Source: a bacterium (lineage in GTDB: Bacteria; UBA8248). From it: a stretch of DNA of 64,000 nucleotides. The notes below the pieces were generated by a model. It searched no databases. It saw only the letters and a program-made list of their open reading frames with translations, and had not been told where the DNA came from. The position numbers and the translations under genes are program-made. Location of the stretch: assembly GCA_965261085.1 (NCBI GenBank), contig OZ253442.1, positions 1,024,001 to 1,088,000 of the forward strand, read 5' to 3'. Below, in pieces: positions 19,889-30,668 of this stretch. Numbering within the stretch: the stretch's first letter is position 1; the number at the start of each line of letters is the position of its first letter.

Positions 19889-21051
19889 AGTTCTCCGAGC
19901 CGGTATCGCTCAAGCCATGGTTCGAGTTCTGTTTTGTCGAGGCGGCGAAGTTGCGTCGCTCCGTCAAACTTCTCGCAGACGACGATGGATTCGGGTGTTT
20001 CCGTGAGCGCATCTACGAGAACGTCGGAGTGCGTCGTGACGAAAATCTGGCTGCGCGACGATGCATCGACCAGGAGTTTCGCCACTTTCGGGATGATGTC
20101 AGGGTGTAGACCAATTTCCGGTTCCTCGATGCAGATGACCGGCGGCGGGTCGGGGTGGCAAAGAACGGCGAGCAGGCAGAGATAGCGCAGGCTCCCGTCC
20201 GAGAGCCGCGTGGCGGGTACGGAATGTTCCAGACCTTCTTCGTGGAAGAATACTTGAACCTCGCCAGTGGTTATGTCTGTGGTAACATCCAGTACCGATT
20301 GATAGAAGGTCCTCAAGCGCTCCAGTATCTCACGCTTTACGGGAGGGCGGTTCAACAGATCGTTCAGAACCAAAGCGAGGTTCGAGGCGTCCTCTTCAAG
20401 GCTTTTCTTTGGCAGATCGGTTCGTCCAGGACTGCGTGGCGGCTCGCCGTGCTCGAAATTCCACTCGCGATAAAAGCGGATTCGCTCGAATTGGTCAGCC
20501 AGATAAGTCAATTCCGGATAAGAGTCGGGATCCCGCCGCTGCGAGAGAATCGACTGGTCGTACTTCACGTCTTCCCGCTTAAGATGTCTTCTATGGGGGG
20601 ATTCCTCCCCAGTGAAAACGTTGAGCACCGGATGGCCGTCTTGATAGCGGTAGTAGAAAAATGGATCGTTTTTATCAGGTGTCGGTTTCTCATTCTCTAC
20701 AGCCTCGTCCCTGAGTTCGAACCGCGACCCAGTTTCCGTGAAGGACAGGCGATACCTGAGCGGCTGCTGTCCCTGTGGATATTCGACGGTTACGTCCACG
20801 GTCGCCGTGCCCAGTTGAGAACTTCCCTTCCAGAGCCAATGTTTAACGCCTCCGCCTGTTCGAATCGGCGCTTGAAGCTCTTTGGCGGGCGTTTCTGCGA
20901 GAATCGATAGTGCTTCGATGAGGTTGGACTTCCCTGAAGCGTTCGGTCCGATGAGTACGTTCAGAGGTTCCAGTGGAAACTCCTTGGACGAAGGCCCATA
21001 GGAGAGAATGTTCTCCAGGCGAATCGTTCGAATGAACCTATTGCCTTCCAT
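19852..21051 (-). CDS. AAA_21/ABC-type ATPase
   Basis: GPNASGKS, LSDGSL, IEEPEIGLHP, VTTHS. Confidence 0.9.
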   Translation of the reverse strand: MEGNRFIRTIRLENILSYGPSSKEFPLEPLNVLIGPNASGKSNLIEALSILAETPAKELQAPIRTGGGVKHWLWKGSSQLGTATVDVTVEYPQGQQPLRYRLSFTETGSRFELRDEAVENEKPTPDKNDPFFYYRYQDGHPVLNVFTGEESPHRRHLKREDVKYDQSILSQRRDPDSYPELTYLADQFERIRFYREWNFEHGEPPRSPGRTDLPKKSLEEDASNLALVLNDLLNRPPVKREILERLRTFYQSVLDVTTDITTGEVQVFFHEEGLEHSVPATRLSDGSLRYLCLLAVLCHPDPPPVICIEEPEIGLHPDIIPKVAKLLVDASSRSQIFVTTHSDVLVDALTETPESIVVCEKFDGATQLRRLDKTELEPWLERYRLGELWTRGDIGGNRW

Positions 21052-21183
21052 GGCCTACTCTCCCCAGGTTCCGCCCCGGTTGAATCACAAGCATTTTCGG
21101 GAACAGGATAGCATACGCGAATATATAACCCATGCACCGCGCGGTTCACAATCTCTTCATCGTCTCACCCAACTATCCCTCTA

Positions 21184-21600
21184 TCATCGGTCGGGTTTGA
21201 CCCCATTCATTTCATCACACACCGTGGATATTTCACCTTAAGGCGGGGTTATTTTTCCTCGTCGGCAAAGTCTCTGGATGCCGGATAAAAGGGTTCCGGC
21301 ATGACGGGCGAAACCATACATCCAAGTAATCGCTCCCTCTTCGCTCGGGAAACACTCCCCCCACCAGTTCGCTTGCGGGCTTACGCCCTTACCTCACTGA
21401 CTCCCCCTCAAGGGGGGAGTGGTCCCCAAACCGCGCATCACAGAAAACAATATGTAATCCCTCCCTCTCATCGGTCGGGTTTGACCCCACTCGTTTCAGA
21501 ATACACCGTGGATATTTCACCTTAAGGTCGGGGTTGTTTTCCTCGTCGGCAAAGTCTCTGGATGCCGGATAAAAGGGTTCCGGCATGACGGGCGAAACCA
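21184..21600. repeat. Two ~133-bp direct repeats flanking a REP-like palindrome
   Basis: 21184-21316 and 21468-21600 nearly identical; ACTCCCCCTCAAGGGGGGAGT at 21400-21420, with an inverted copy at 42421-42441. Confidence 0.85.
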
Positions 21601-21653
21601 GACCCGCAGGCTATTCTTCGCTCCTCGGCCAGCAATCCAATCCCTCCCTTCTC

Positions 21654-23175
21654 GGGGTTGTTGAAAAACCCCTGACTCTATGCTTGGATGTATGGATATT
21701 ACGCGCCCGAGAAGGGAATATCCGCGATGTTGGGACGCAAGAACCGCGCCCAGATGGATTTGTTCATCACCGGTTCGCTGGAGAGGTTGATTCCCGAGGA
21801 TCACATATTGGCCCGCGTGAACCGCGTTCTGGACCTGAGTTGGCTGCGCGAGGAAGTGGCGGATTGTTATTGCGCGGACAACGGCCGTCCTGGGATCGAC
21901 CCCGAAGTGGCGGTTCGGTTGATGTTGGCGGGCCTTCTGCTGGGGTTCGTGCACGACCGTCGGTTGATGCGCGAGGCGCAGGTGAACATCGCGATCCGGT
22001 GGTTCATCGGTTACGGGCTGGAGGATCGGCTGCCGGATCATTCGAGCCTGACGCGGATACGGCAGCGCTGGGGGGAGGCCCGGTTCCGGGAGATATTCCG
22101 CCGCACGGTCCGTGCGTGCCTGGATGCGAAGGTGGCCAAGGCCGAAGTCGTGCACGTGGACGCCTCATTGATCCGCGCGGACGTGAGTTGGGAGAGTCTG
22201 GTGGAGCGTCACGTGGACGAGGTGATAGCGGAGAACCCCGTCGAGGAGGAGGCCGGGAAGAAGGGTGGAGGAGGCCGCCGTGGCGGGGGTTCCGGGAAGG
22301 TGAGCCGGACGGACCCGGACGCGCGGCTGGCGAGAACGGGCGGGGGATTCGAGCCGAGCTACAAGCAGCACGCTGTGGTGGACGACACGCGCGGGGTGGT
22401 GCTCGACGTATCGGTGACGGAGGGTACGGTGAACGAGCGTGAGGTGCTCGAATCGCAGGTGGAAGCGGTATGCGAGGTATCGGGGCGCGCGCCCGCGATG
22501 GTGACGGCGGACTCTGGCTACGCCTACTCGAAGGTCTACGCGGCCCTGGAGCGCCGGGGTGTGGCCGCGCTCATTCCGGCGAAGAGGGAACCCTCGCAGA
22601 GCCGTGTTCCGTTGCGCCTGTTCCGCTACGACGCGCGGCACGACATCGTGAAGTGTCCGCGCGGCAAGATACTGAGCCCCCGTCGGCCCGCAAAGGGGGG
22701 GCGTTATTATCGTTCGAAGACCCGTGATTGCGCGGGCTGCGCGCTTCGCGAGGATTGCCTGCCGAAGGCGTGGTCGAGCAAGGTGGTGTTGGTTCCGCAT
22801 GCGTATCCGGCGCTGTTGCGCGCGCGCCGGCGCCATGCGCGATGGAGGGAGGAGGAGCGGCGGATGTACCGGCGTCATATGTGGCGCTCGGAGGGCTACC
22901 ACGGCGAGGCGAAGACCTGGCACGGGCTTGCGCGCGCGGTGCGGCGCGGTCTTGAGAACATGAAGATACAGTCCTACCTGACGGCGGCGGCGATCAACCT
23001 CAAGCGGCTCTCCGCCGCACTTGCTGCAAGGTTATTCGCCCTCTGGAGGGCCTGGTCGGCCCGGGAAGAGCCTCTGTGCGTCCATCGCGGCCTCGCAAGC
23101 TGCGCGGGCTTCCTGTCCGCCGCCGCGTGACCCTCCATACCGCCCGCTCCCGAAACCGGGTTATTCAACAACCCC
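21654..23175 (+). mobile_element. IS1182-family insertion sequence, copy 1
   Basis: Terminal inverted repeats GGGGTTGTTGAA/TTCAACAACCCC; 5-bp target duplication TTCTC on both sides. Confidence 0.92.
21727..23130 (+). CDS. IS1182-family DDE transposase
   Basis: LIPEDH, GRPGIDP, PDHSSL, HVDAS, TDPDA, ADSGY, SEG.HGEAK..HGL. Confidence 0.9.
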   Translation: MLGRKNRAQMDLFITGSLERLIPEDHILARVNRVLDLSWLREEVADCYCADNGRPGIDPEVAVRLMLAGLLLGFVHDRRLMREAQVNIAIRWFIGYGLEDRLPDHSSLTRIRQRWGEARFREIFRRTVRACLDAKVAKAEVVHVDASLIRADVSWESLVERHVDEVIAENPVEEEAGKKGGGGRRGGGSGKVSRTDPDARLARTGGGFEPSYKQHAVVDDTRGVVLDVSVTEGTVNEREVLESQVEAVCEVSGRAPAMVTADSGYAYSKVYAALERRGVAALIPAKREPSQSRVPLRLFRYDARHDIVKCPRGKILSPRRPAKGGRYYRSKTRDCAGCALREDCLPKAWSSKVVLVPHAYPALLRARRRHARWREEERRMYRRHMWRSEGYHGEAKTWHGLARAVRRGLENMKIQSYLTAAAINLKRLSAALAARLFALWRAWSAREEPLCVHRGLASCAGFLSAAA

Positions 23176-23419
23176 TTCTCGGTCGGGATTGACCCAGCAA
23201 TTGCCGTCATCGGTTTTTCGTCGGAATGGGCGAGAATCCCGCGCGCGAAAGTCAATTTCGAGCGAGGAGCGAGGAATGGCCGTTTCATCGATGAGAGGAG
23301 GGGAGAGAATGGAAAGGGCGATTCGGCTCGGGCGGGAGAAAGTGGACGTTTCGCCCCTGCGGGTGGTTCGACTTCTTTCCCGGTCGCACCGGGCCGGGCG
23401 CACCGGAAGAGCGTGCGCC

Positions 23420-23464
23420 GAATTGCTGAAAATATCGATAAATACACGGGGTTTTTCGATAAAT
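23420..23464 (+). repeat. 45-bp AT-rich element with an inverted near-identical copy at 41405-41449
   Basis: GAATTGCTGAAAATATCGATAAATACACGGGGTTTTTCGATAAAT; 43/45 match to the reverse complement of 41405-41449. Confidence 0.8.
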
Positions 23465-23507
23465 AAATAAAACACTAAATAATTGATTTTAGGCGGTTTA
23501 TGATGTT

Positions 23508-24791
23508 TTAGGCCGGAATAGAGGTCATTCCGCCCATGTAGGAGCGCAGCGCTTCGGGTATTATGACGGAGCCATCCGCGCGCTGGAAGTTCTCTAAAAT
23601 CGCCACAAACGTCCGCCCCACCGCGAGGCCTGAGCCGTTCAGGGTGTGGAGGAATTCAGGCTTGGCGCCTGCTCCGGGGCGGAAGCGGATTCCGGCGCGC
23701 CTGGCCTGGAAATCCTCGAAATTGCTGCACGAGGAGATTTCCCGATAAGTGTTCTGAGACGGTACCCAGACCTCGATGTCGTACGTCTTGGCGGCGGAGA
23801 AACCCAGATCTCCCGCGCACAGCGTGACGACGCGGAAGTGGAGCCCCAGGCGCTTTAAGACCTCCTCGGCGTCGACGGTGAGGCTCTCTAATTCCTCATA
23901 ACTCGTCTCGGGGCGGCTGAATTTCACGAGTTCGACCTTGTTGAACTGGTGCTGGCGGATGAGGCCGCGCGTATCCTGGCCGTAGGAGCCGGCCTCACTC
24001 CTGAAGCAAGGGGTATAGGCCGTGTATTTTAGCGGCAAATCCTCGCCGCCCAGAATTTCCTCCCGGTGGATGTTCGTGACGGGCACCTCGGCGGTGGGGA
24101 TCAAATAGAACTTTCCGTCATCGACGCGAAAGAGGTCTTCCTCGAATTTGGGCAACTGGCCCGTGCCCGTCATGGCCTCGGGGTTCACCATGAACGGAGG
24201 AAGCCACTCGGTGTAGCCGTGTTCATTCGTATGGAGGTCGAGCATGAAGTTGATGAGGGCGCGCTCGATACGCGCCCCCGCGCCCCGGTACAGCGCAAAG
24301 CGCGAGCCGGCTATCTTGACTGCGCGCTTCATGTCCAGAATGTTCAGGGCTTCGCCCAACTCATCATGCGCTTTGGGCTCGAAATCAAACGCTGGTTTCT
24401 CGCCCCACACCCTCACGAGGGCATTGTCCTCGGCACTTTGGCCGTCGGGGGTGGTCTCATGTGGCGCGTTTGGGAGTTCGAGGAGAAAATCGTTTTGTTC
24501 TTGTACGAGTCCGGCCAGCTCTCCCTCCATGGATTTGGCCTCGGTCGTCAGGCGTTGGTTTTCGGCCAGGAACGCCTGCACCTCGTCCTCAGGCGCCTTG
24601 TTGCGCTTGAGTTCTCCGATTTTCTTGCTGCGCTTCCTCACATCGGCCACCCGGCTCTCGACCTGGTGGGTCAAATCCCGCCTGCGGGCGTCGATTTCCA
24701 GTATCCCGGAGAGGTCCCAATCGCCACCCCTTCGGGCGAGCGCGCGCGCCACCGCTTCGGGGTCGTTTCTGATGAGGCGAATGTCAAACAA
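23508..24791 (-). CDS. serS: Serine--tRNA ligase
   Basis: [56 protein letters not shown]; TTG start with GGAGG RBS. Confidence 0.97.
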   Translation of the reverse strand: MFDIRLIRNDPEAVARALARRGGDWDLSGILEIDARRRDLTHQVESRVADVRKRSKKIGELKRNKAPEDEVQAFLAENQRLTTEAKSMEGELAGLVQEQNDFLLELPNAPHETTPDGQSAEDNALVRVWGEKPAFDFEPKAHDELGEALNILDMKRAVKIAGSRFALYRGAGARIERALINFMLDLHTNEHGYTEWLPPFMVNPEAMTGTGQLPKFEEDLFRVDDGKFYLIPTAEVPVTNIHREEILGGEDLPLKYTAYTPCFRSEAGSYGQDTRGLIRQHQFNKVELVKFSRPETSYEELESLTVDAEEVLKRLGLHFRVVTLCAGDLGFSAAKTYDIEVWVPSQNTYREISSCSNFEDFQARRAGIRFRPGAGAKPEFLHTLNGSGLAVGRTFVAILENFQRADGSVIIPEALRSYMGGMTSIPA

Positions 24792-24966
24792 TTAGTTGCT
24801 CCTCCATGATGTTTCCTTGTGGGGTAGTGAACATAAAACGAGAGGTTGCGCGCGTCAACGGAAATATCTCTTCGCATAAAACCTTCGCGCTGGATTTCGG
24901 TTTCGAAAATGGAGTATTCTAGATGAATCAGCGATATTTTCTATCTTCTGTGGGCGTTGGGGGATA

Positions 24967-25446
24967 ATGATGTTCGGCTTGTGGCGGTTGGTAATGCGTT
25001 CAGGGGGCGCCGTGGCTGTTTGTCTGGGGATGGTGGCCCTGGCGTTTTACGGTATTGCCCAGATGAGCGTCATAATAGTCGATGAGCCGGCCCGCGGCCT
25101 CAAGGTGGTGGGTGTTTTTTTCGTCCTCGCCATCGTGTTTTGCTACATGATGAAGTGGGTTTTGCGTCAGGCGATCGCGCAGGTCCTCCGGCCCATCGAC
25201 GCGGCGAAAGAGGCGACGTCGCGCCTTGTTTCTATTGGCGAAGAAGGCGGGAAAAAGGCGTTTCGCTCGCTGGGGAAAAGAACGCGCGCAGCGGGGAGCG
25301 TCGTCACGTGGGCGGTGGGCGGAGCGGCCCGAACCTTGTGGCGCGTGCGGTATGTCTGGCCTCCCTCCTGGCGGGGACGTCGCCGGGAGGAGGAGCAAAA
25401 GCCTGCAGATGTCATCCCGCTCAAGAGAAATCGGGAAGGTCGTTGA
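24967..25446 (+). CDS. Hypothetical membrane protein
   Basis: Two hydrophobic N-terminal helices, basic C-terminus ending ADVIPLKR. Confidence 0.55.
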   Translation: MMFGLWRLVMRSGGAVAVCLGMVALAFYGIAQMSVIIVDEPARGLKVVGVFFVLAIVFCYMMKWVLRQAIAQVLRPIDAAKEATSRLVSIGEEGGKKAFRSLGKRTRAAGSVVTWAVGGAARTLWRVRYVWPPSWRGRRREEEQKPADVIPLKRNREGR

Positions 25447-25487
25447 TTCCCGGGCATGATTGAGGGAGTGTTTTCCCGTCTTTCCAG

Positions 25488-25940
25488 CTAATCTTCCATT
25501 TGCTCGAAAATCAGATAGTGGCTTTGTGCCATGTTCATATTTTTATAAACTTCTTGCGAGGCTCTGTTTTGCGCGTCGACGTATAGCTGAAGGCCGCAGG
25601 CGCCGGCTTGTTCGGCGAGATTTTTGACGTGATGGTGCAAGGCGCTGTAAATGCCCTGCTTTCTCTCGAATGGAACGACATATACGTTCTGAATCCACCA
25701 GTAATGCGCGTTGTTCCAGTCGCTCCATTCCAGAGTTACTCGGATTTGCCCTAAAATTTCATCGCCCCGATGCGCGAGGTAATATCGTCCTATCGATGGT
25801 TCGGAGAGGGATTTTTGCACGCCTTGGTGGATTTTTTCGGGCTCAAGGCGCAGATTTTCACTCTCAAGAGCCATATCGACGTTGAACTGGACGATTTTCT
25901 CTGCGTCCGTATTAGTGGCGGGGCGTATGGCGAAATTCAT
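25488..25940 (-). CDS. GNAT-family N-acetyltransferase
   Basis: EWSDW, WWIQNVYV..FERKQGIY, LYVD..N..SQ.VY. Confidence 0.85.
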   Translation of the reverse strand: MNFAIRPATNTDAEKIVQFNVDMALESENLRLEPEKIHQGVQKSLSEPSIGRYYLAHRGDEILGQIRVTLEWSDWNNAHYWWIQNVYVVPFERKQGIYSALHHHVKNLAEQAGACGLQLYVDAQNRASQEVYKNMNMAQSHYLIFEQMED

Positions 25941-26243
25941 TGTTACTCCAGTATGACGAGTATCCGTCCCGATTATTTAGGCGCAGAGACCCTATCGGAT
26001 TCAATCAAACAAGTAAAACCTGTTCACATCTTAGGGATGTCAACTCTTAGAGACAGGGTATTCTGGCTCTATGTGCGGGAATCCACTCGCAAAGAAAAAT
26101 GGTGTTTTAACATTACTCTGGAAACCGATTCGTGAGAGAGATATAATTTCTCGGGTTTGCGTTTTTGGATTTTGACTGTACGGATGTTGTTCCACAAAAG
26201 TAGTCAGGAAAGGTCCTTTAGCCGCCGGATCAGGAAGTGTGAA

Positions 26244-27524
26244 ATGCGCTTAAAATTCATGGTGTTAGTCGTTTCAGTGTTCTTCCTCGCTCTCCCGGCT
26301 GTTTCCCAGAAGACATCAAAAGGCTCCTTCTTCCCCTCCATTGAAGCTGCGGAAAAAAGCGAGATTACCGGTAAATGGAAACATTGGCGGGAATTCGTAA
26401 ATGAGCACTTTAACTATCCTTTGCCTCCCATGGGTGAAGCGCCGAAATCATACAAAGGTGCTGAGCGTTCTTTGTTGCCGGAGAGTTGCGGGAGTTGCCA
26501 TTCCGATCAGTACAATCAGTGGAAAACCACACTTCACGCCAAGGCGATGAGTCCGGGCATATACGGGCAACTCGTCGATATGTGGGAAACGAATCCCGAG
26601 GAAGCACAAAGCTGTAATGAGTGCCATGCGCCTCTGGCGGAACAGCAAAAGCGCGCGAGGCTGGGCGCGGGTCCTTTTGCGAACTGGCAAAAAAACCCGG
26701 TTCACGATCGAAAGCTGGAGATGCACGGATTGGCCTGCGCCGCATGCCATGTGCGCAATTGGCGCGTGCATGGTCCACCGAAAAAGGAGACTCCCGAAGG
26801 CGTGGATGACACGACAAGAAAGGGCCCACACGCAGGTGTGGAGCGCACGCCTTTTTTTAGCCGCGCGGAATTTTGTATGGGTTGTCACCAGCATACCTAT
26901 CCCGGGCCGAACGGGAAATCGATTCAGAATACCTACAACGAGTGGAAAGACTCACTTTGGGGCAAAGAGGATGTTGCCTGCCAGAGTTGCCATATGCCCG
27001 GTCGGGCCCATCTGTGGCGAGGCATACATGACAAGGATATGACGCAGGGTGCCGTGCAGATAGACGTCATGCTCGGAGAGGATGCGGCCGGAGAAATTGT
27101 CACGGCCCAGATTAAGCTCACGAACTCAGGGGCCGGGCATTATTTTCCCACTTATATTACGCCTTCCGTGGATGTCATCTCCGAACTTGAGGATAAAAAC
27201 GGGCGAATCATGCTGGGTACAAGGCAGATCAACGTGATTGAGCGAAAACTCTCCTCTGATTTCAGCCGCGAGATCTATGACACACGCATTCCCCCTCAAA
27301 AGTCCCTCACGTTTCGATACAGGAGGGGACGAGCCGAGGGTGCCGCGAGACTCAGGGTGCGCGTTCACGTGCGGCCCGATGCTTTTTACTACGATTTCTA
27401 TGTCGAGTTTCTCAAGAATTCGAACATTTCAAGATTGTCGCGCAAGCTCATCACACAGGCGCGAGACATTGCGGCGTCATCGAACTTTTATGTTTATGAC
27501 GAGAAATTTGAACTGAAAAACTAA
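26244..27524 (+). CDS. Periplasmic pentaheme cytochrome c (c554-like domains)
   Basis: Signal peptide; five CxxCH motifs: CGSCH, CNECH, CAACH, CMGCH, CQSCH; AGHYFPT. Confidence 0.88.
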   Translation: MRLKFMVLVVSVFFLALPAVSQKTSKGSFFPSIEAAEKSEITGKWKHWREFVNEHFNYPLPPMGEAPKSYKGAERSLLPESCGSCHSDQYNQWKTTLHAKAMSPGIYGQLVDMWETNPEEAQSCNECHAPLAEQQKRARLGAGPFANWQKNPVHDRKLEMHGLACAACHVRNWRVHGPPKKETPEGVDDTTRKGPHAGVERTPFFSRAEFCMGCHQHTYPGPNGKSIQNTYNEWKDSLWGKEDVACQSCHMPGRAHLWRGIHDKDMTQGAVQIDVMLGEDAAGEIVTAQIKLTNSGAGHYFPTYITPSVDVISELEDKNGRIMLGTRQINVIERKLSSDFSREIYDTRIPPQKSLTFRYRRGRAEGAARLRVRVHVRPDAFYYDFYVEFLKNSNISRLSRKLITQARDIAASSNFYVYDEKFELKN

Positions 27525-27529
27525 GAAGC

Positions 27530-29848
27530 TTATTTGGAAGCGCTTTGTTCGTGAACCGCACGAATGACATCCTCCGGCGCGATAGGCAGCCTGTTGAGGT
27601 TCGAGTTGGCCGGGTCCCCGATGGCGTCTGCGATCGCGTTTACAATCGCGGGCGCCGCCGGAATGAGCGGCATTTCCCCCGCTCCTTTGGCCCCAAAGGG
27701 ACCTTCCACGTCGGGAAATTCCACGATCACGCTTTCGATTTCCGAAACATCCAAACTCGTGGGATTGAGTTGACTCTCGAAATCCGCATGTACGATAACG
27801 CCCCCTACATGGTGGATCTGTTCGGCCAGAGCCCAACCCAGTCCCTGAACGATTCCGCCCTCTATCTGTCCGTTTAAGGTGAGGGGGTTCATGGCGAAAC
27901 CCACATCCTGCGCGCTGGTGATTCTCAGTACCCTGGTTTCTCCCGTTTCGGTGTCGACTTCGACCTCGGCGATTTGGGTGGCAAATTCGGGCCCGGGTCT
28001 GGATGGCTCCGGGTGGCCGCGCACATTGTCCGTACGATGGGGAGGATTCTCCCCGCGGTAAGAACCGCGACCGGTCACGGGACCGTCGCCTTTCCATACG
28101 GCCGAATACGCCACTTCGGCGAACGCGATGGCGCGCGAAGGCGCCGCGCGCATGAATATGTTTCCAGCGCCGATGTCCAGGTCCTCCGGGGAGGATTCGA
28201 GCATGCGCGCCGCTTGGCGAAGCATTTGCTCGCGAGCGTCTTCCGCCGCCATGCGCACCGCGTGCGCCATGTTGTATGTTGTTCGGCTGCCCGCAGTGAT
28301 GGCGTCGAAGGGCGTGGTTTCGGTATCAGCGATGCGGACGCTCACCTTTTGGACCTCGGCTCCGAGAACCTCCGCCGCTACCTGCGCCATCAAGGTGGCC
28401 GCGCCCGTACCCAAATCAGAACATCCGGCGAGCACAGCCAAGCCACCATCCTCGTTGACCTTCACCACGGCGCCCGACGCCCCTCCGCCGGTGGGATAGC
28501 GCGCGCAGCCGATGCCCATCCCGCGCTTGATTCTGCAGTCCTGATTTTCTTTCTTCTGTTGTCCCCAGCCCGCCTTTTCGCCCGCGCGCTCAAGCGTTTC
28601 CTTGATGCTTACGCTCTGGAGAATCGTGCCCGCGGGGTCCTCATCGTTTTCGTCCATCGCGTTGAGTAGGCGAAAGGCGAGCGGGTCCATTCCTAATTCC
28701 GAAGCGACGCGGTCGGTATGCCGCTCGCAGGCGAAAGCGACCTGGGCCACGCCCAGACCCCGGTAGGAACCGCTGGGGGGAAGGTTCGTATATACGAGTA
28801 GGCCATCGACCCTGACATTGGGAATTTTGTATGGTCCCGTACTGGTGTAGCAGGACTTTCCAAGCACCATTGGTCCCGTCATACAATAGGCGCCGTTGTT
28901 CGATGTGATTTGTACGTGGCGAGCGATGATTTTTCCTTCCCGTGTCACGCCTGTGCGATAGCGCATACGGTATGCGTGCCTCGGGTTTCCGGTGATGGTT
29001 TCCTCCTCCCGATTAAGAGTCAGTTGAACGGGCCGGTTCGACTTTCTGCTCAAAAGAACGGCCAAGGCTTCCAGCAGATGTTGGGATTTACCACCGAAAG
29101 CGCCTCCCACATGGGTGCTCACGACACGTAGTTTATTCATGGGAAGTTCGAGTATTTCCGAGGCAATGGCGCGCACCACAAAAGCCGCCTGGGTGGGTGA
29201 GTAGACTATCGTGCTGTCCTCGGGTCCGGGCTCCGCGAGCATGGCGCGGGGTTCGAGATAATTCTGGTGAACGCGCGGCGTTTCGTATTCGTCCTCGAAC
29301 ACGAAGTCGGCACGCGCGAGCGCATCTTCGATGGGATCACCCGATCGAATGAAAATGTCGGTTGCCACGTTTCCGTAGCGGACGATACCCGGAAACGATG
29401 CGTAATCATCCAGGGAGTCATGGAGGAGGGGAGCGTCGTCTCTCAGGGCGTCGTCTGTCGTGAATACGGCGGGGAGCACTTTATAGTCTACATGAATTTT
29501 CTCGAGAGCGGCTTGAGCGGCTTCAGGGGTTTCGGCGGCCACGGCGGCCACGCGCTCGCCGACGTAAAGCACTTTGTCGATGGCGAGCAGCGGTTCATCG
29601 CGCACGAGCCTGCCGTGGCGGAGGCCTGAGAAATCCTCCGCCGTGACGACGGCGTGTACTCCAGGTATTTTCAAAGCGTCGGTGGTGTCGATTTTTTTGA
29701 TTTCGGCATGAGGATGAGGACTCAAGAGCAATTTCGCGGTGAGGCAGCCAGGCCTTCTCAAGTCATCACCAAAATCGGCGAACCCGGCAACCTTCTCTGC
29801 GGAGTCAAGCCTCGGTATGGATTTGCCAAGAACTTGATAGTCAGACAT
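27530..29848 (-). CDS. Xanthine dehydrogenase-family molybdopterin-binding subunit
   Basis: GGAFGGK, YRGLG, GQIEGG..QGLG, GAKGAGE. Confidence 0.92.
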   Translation of the reverse strand: MSDYQVLGKSIPRLDSAEKVAGFADFGDDLRRPGCLTAKLLLSPHPHAEIKKIDTTDALKIPGVHAVVTAEDFSGLRHGRLVRDEPLLAIDKVLYVGERVAAVAAETPEAAQAALEKIHVDYKVLPAVFTTDDALRDDAPLLHDSLDDYASFPGIVRYGNVATDIFIRSGDPIEDALARADFVFEDEYETPRVHQNYLEPRAMLAEPGPEDSTIVYSPTQAAFVVRAIASEILELPMNKLRVVSTHVGGAFGGKSQHLLEALAVLLSRKSNRPVQLTLNREEETITGNPRHAYRMRYRTGVTREGKIIARHVQITSNNGAYCMTGPMVLGKSCYTSTGPYKIPNVRVDGLLVYTNLPPSGSYRGLGVAQVAFACERHTDRVASELGMDPLAFRLLNAMDENDEDPAGTILQSVSIKETLERAGEKAGWGQQKKENQDCRIKRGMGIGCARYPTGGGASGAVVKVNEDGGLAVLAGCSDLGTGAATLMAQVAAEVLGAEVQKVSVRIADTETTPFDAITAGSRTTYNMAHAVRMAAEDAREQMLRQAARMLESSPEDLDIGAGNIFMRAAPSRAIAFAEVAYSAVWKGDGPVTGRGSYRGENPPHRTDNVRGHPEPSRPGPEFATQIAEVEVDTETGETRVLRITSAQDVGFAMNPLTLNGQIEGGIVQGLGWALAEQIHHVGGVIVHADFESQLNPTSLDVSEIESVIVEFPDVEGPFGAKGAGEMPLIPAAPAIVNAIADAIGDPANSNLNRLPIAPEDVIRAVHEQSASK

Positions 29849-29924
29849 TTACGTCCTCATCATGATGTTCAAGGTAGCATCATTTCATGGCGAATTCCCG
29901 ATCACGAAAGTGGAATGCCTAAGT

Positions 29925-30668
29925 TTATCTTACTTTTAGCTTTTCGAAAAAGGTGCGAATTCGCCTGGCGTTCGCGCCGATGTCACCTACGCCCATACGG
30001 GATTTCGAGCGGATGTCGAGGCGCGTCATCCCGTTATTCGACGTGATCCGGATGACGATGTCGTCGATGAAGCCGTACCAAAAAGTAGTGTCGTAGGCCT
30101 CGATGCGCCCTTCGGTGGGCTTTGATGACACTACATGCCAGCCCATGGCGCGTGCGGCGGCCAAAGCGCGTTTAAAAATTTCCTCTTTTGGATCTCGGGA
30201 AATGAGTGGCTTGATATCCGGATACATTTTTTTCTGGAGCCGAGCGATGCGTATGCCTTCATAAGAGGGCGGGTTTTTCGCCCCTTTTCTGAGCGGGAGA
30301 ACGGTTTGAAAGGCAGGCGGATTCTGGGTGTCTGTCGTGATGTCGTGAATCTTGGGCACCCGTCTCGAGATTTGCATGTGTGCGTGAAGAAAGCCCGCTA
30401 CGGTGAAGCCTAATGCGATGCCGAGGGCGGCGGCCGAAGTCTTGAACTTCGAAGCGTCGCGCAGGGCGAACAGGCCTCCCGCCATGGAGACGGCCACGGA
30501 GATCAACGCGATGATGGATGCGGCCTTGAAAATCCGAAATCCCGCGCTGAAATGCCATAAGTCCCAGCGATGACCCAGCCCTGACGCCACGGCGGCCAGC
30601 GCGCAAGCGCTCGATATGAACAAGCCCAGATAGGAGATGGATGAGAGCGCGTGAGATTTTTTATCCAC
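29925..30668 (-). CDS. DUF1499-family membrane protein
   Basis: IHDITTD..NPP.F, GFIDDIVIRI, RSKSRMG.GD.GANARRI; start overlaps the AhpD-like gene stop. Confidence 0.85.
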   Translation of the reverse strand: MDKKSHALSSISYLGLFISSACALAAVASGLGHRWDLWHFSAGFRIFKAASIIALISVAVSMAGGLFALRDASKFKTSAAALGIALGFTVAGFLHAHMQISRRVPKIHDITTDTQNPPAFQTVLPLRKGAKNPPSYEGIRIARLQKKMYPDIKPLISRDPKEEIFKRALAAARAMGWHVVSSKPTEGRIEAYDTTFWYGFIDDIVIRITSNNGMTRLDIRSKSRMGVGDIGANARRIRTFFEKLKVR

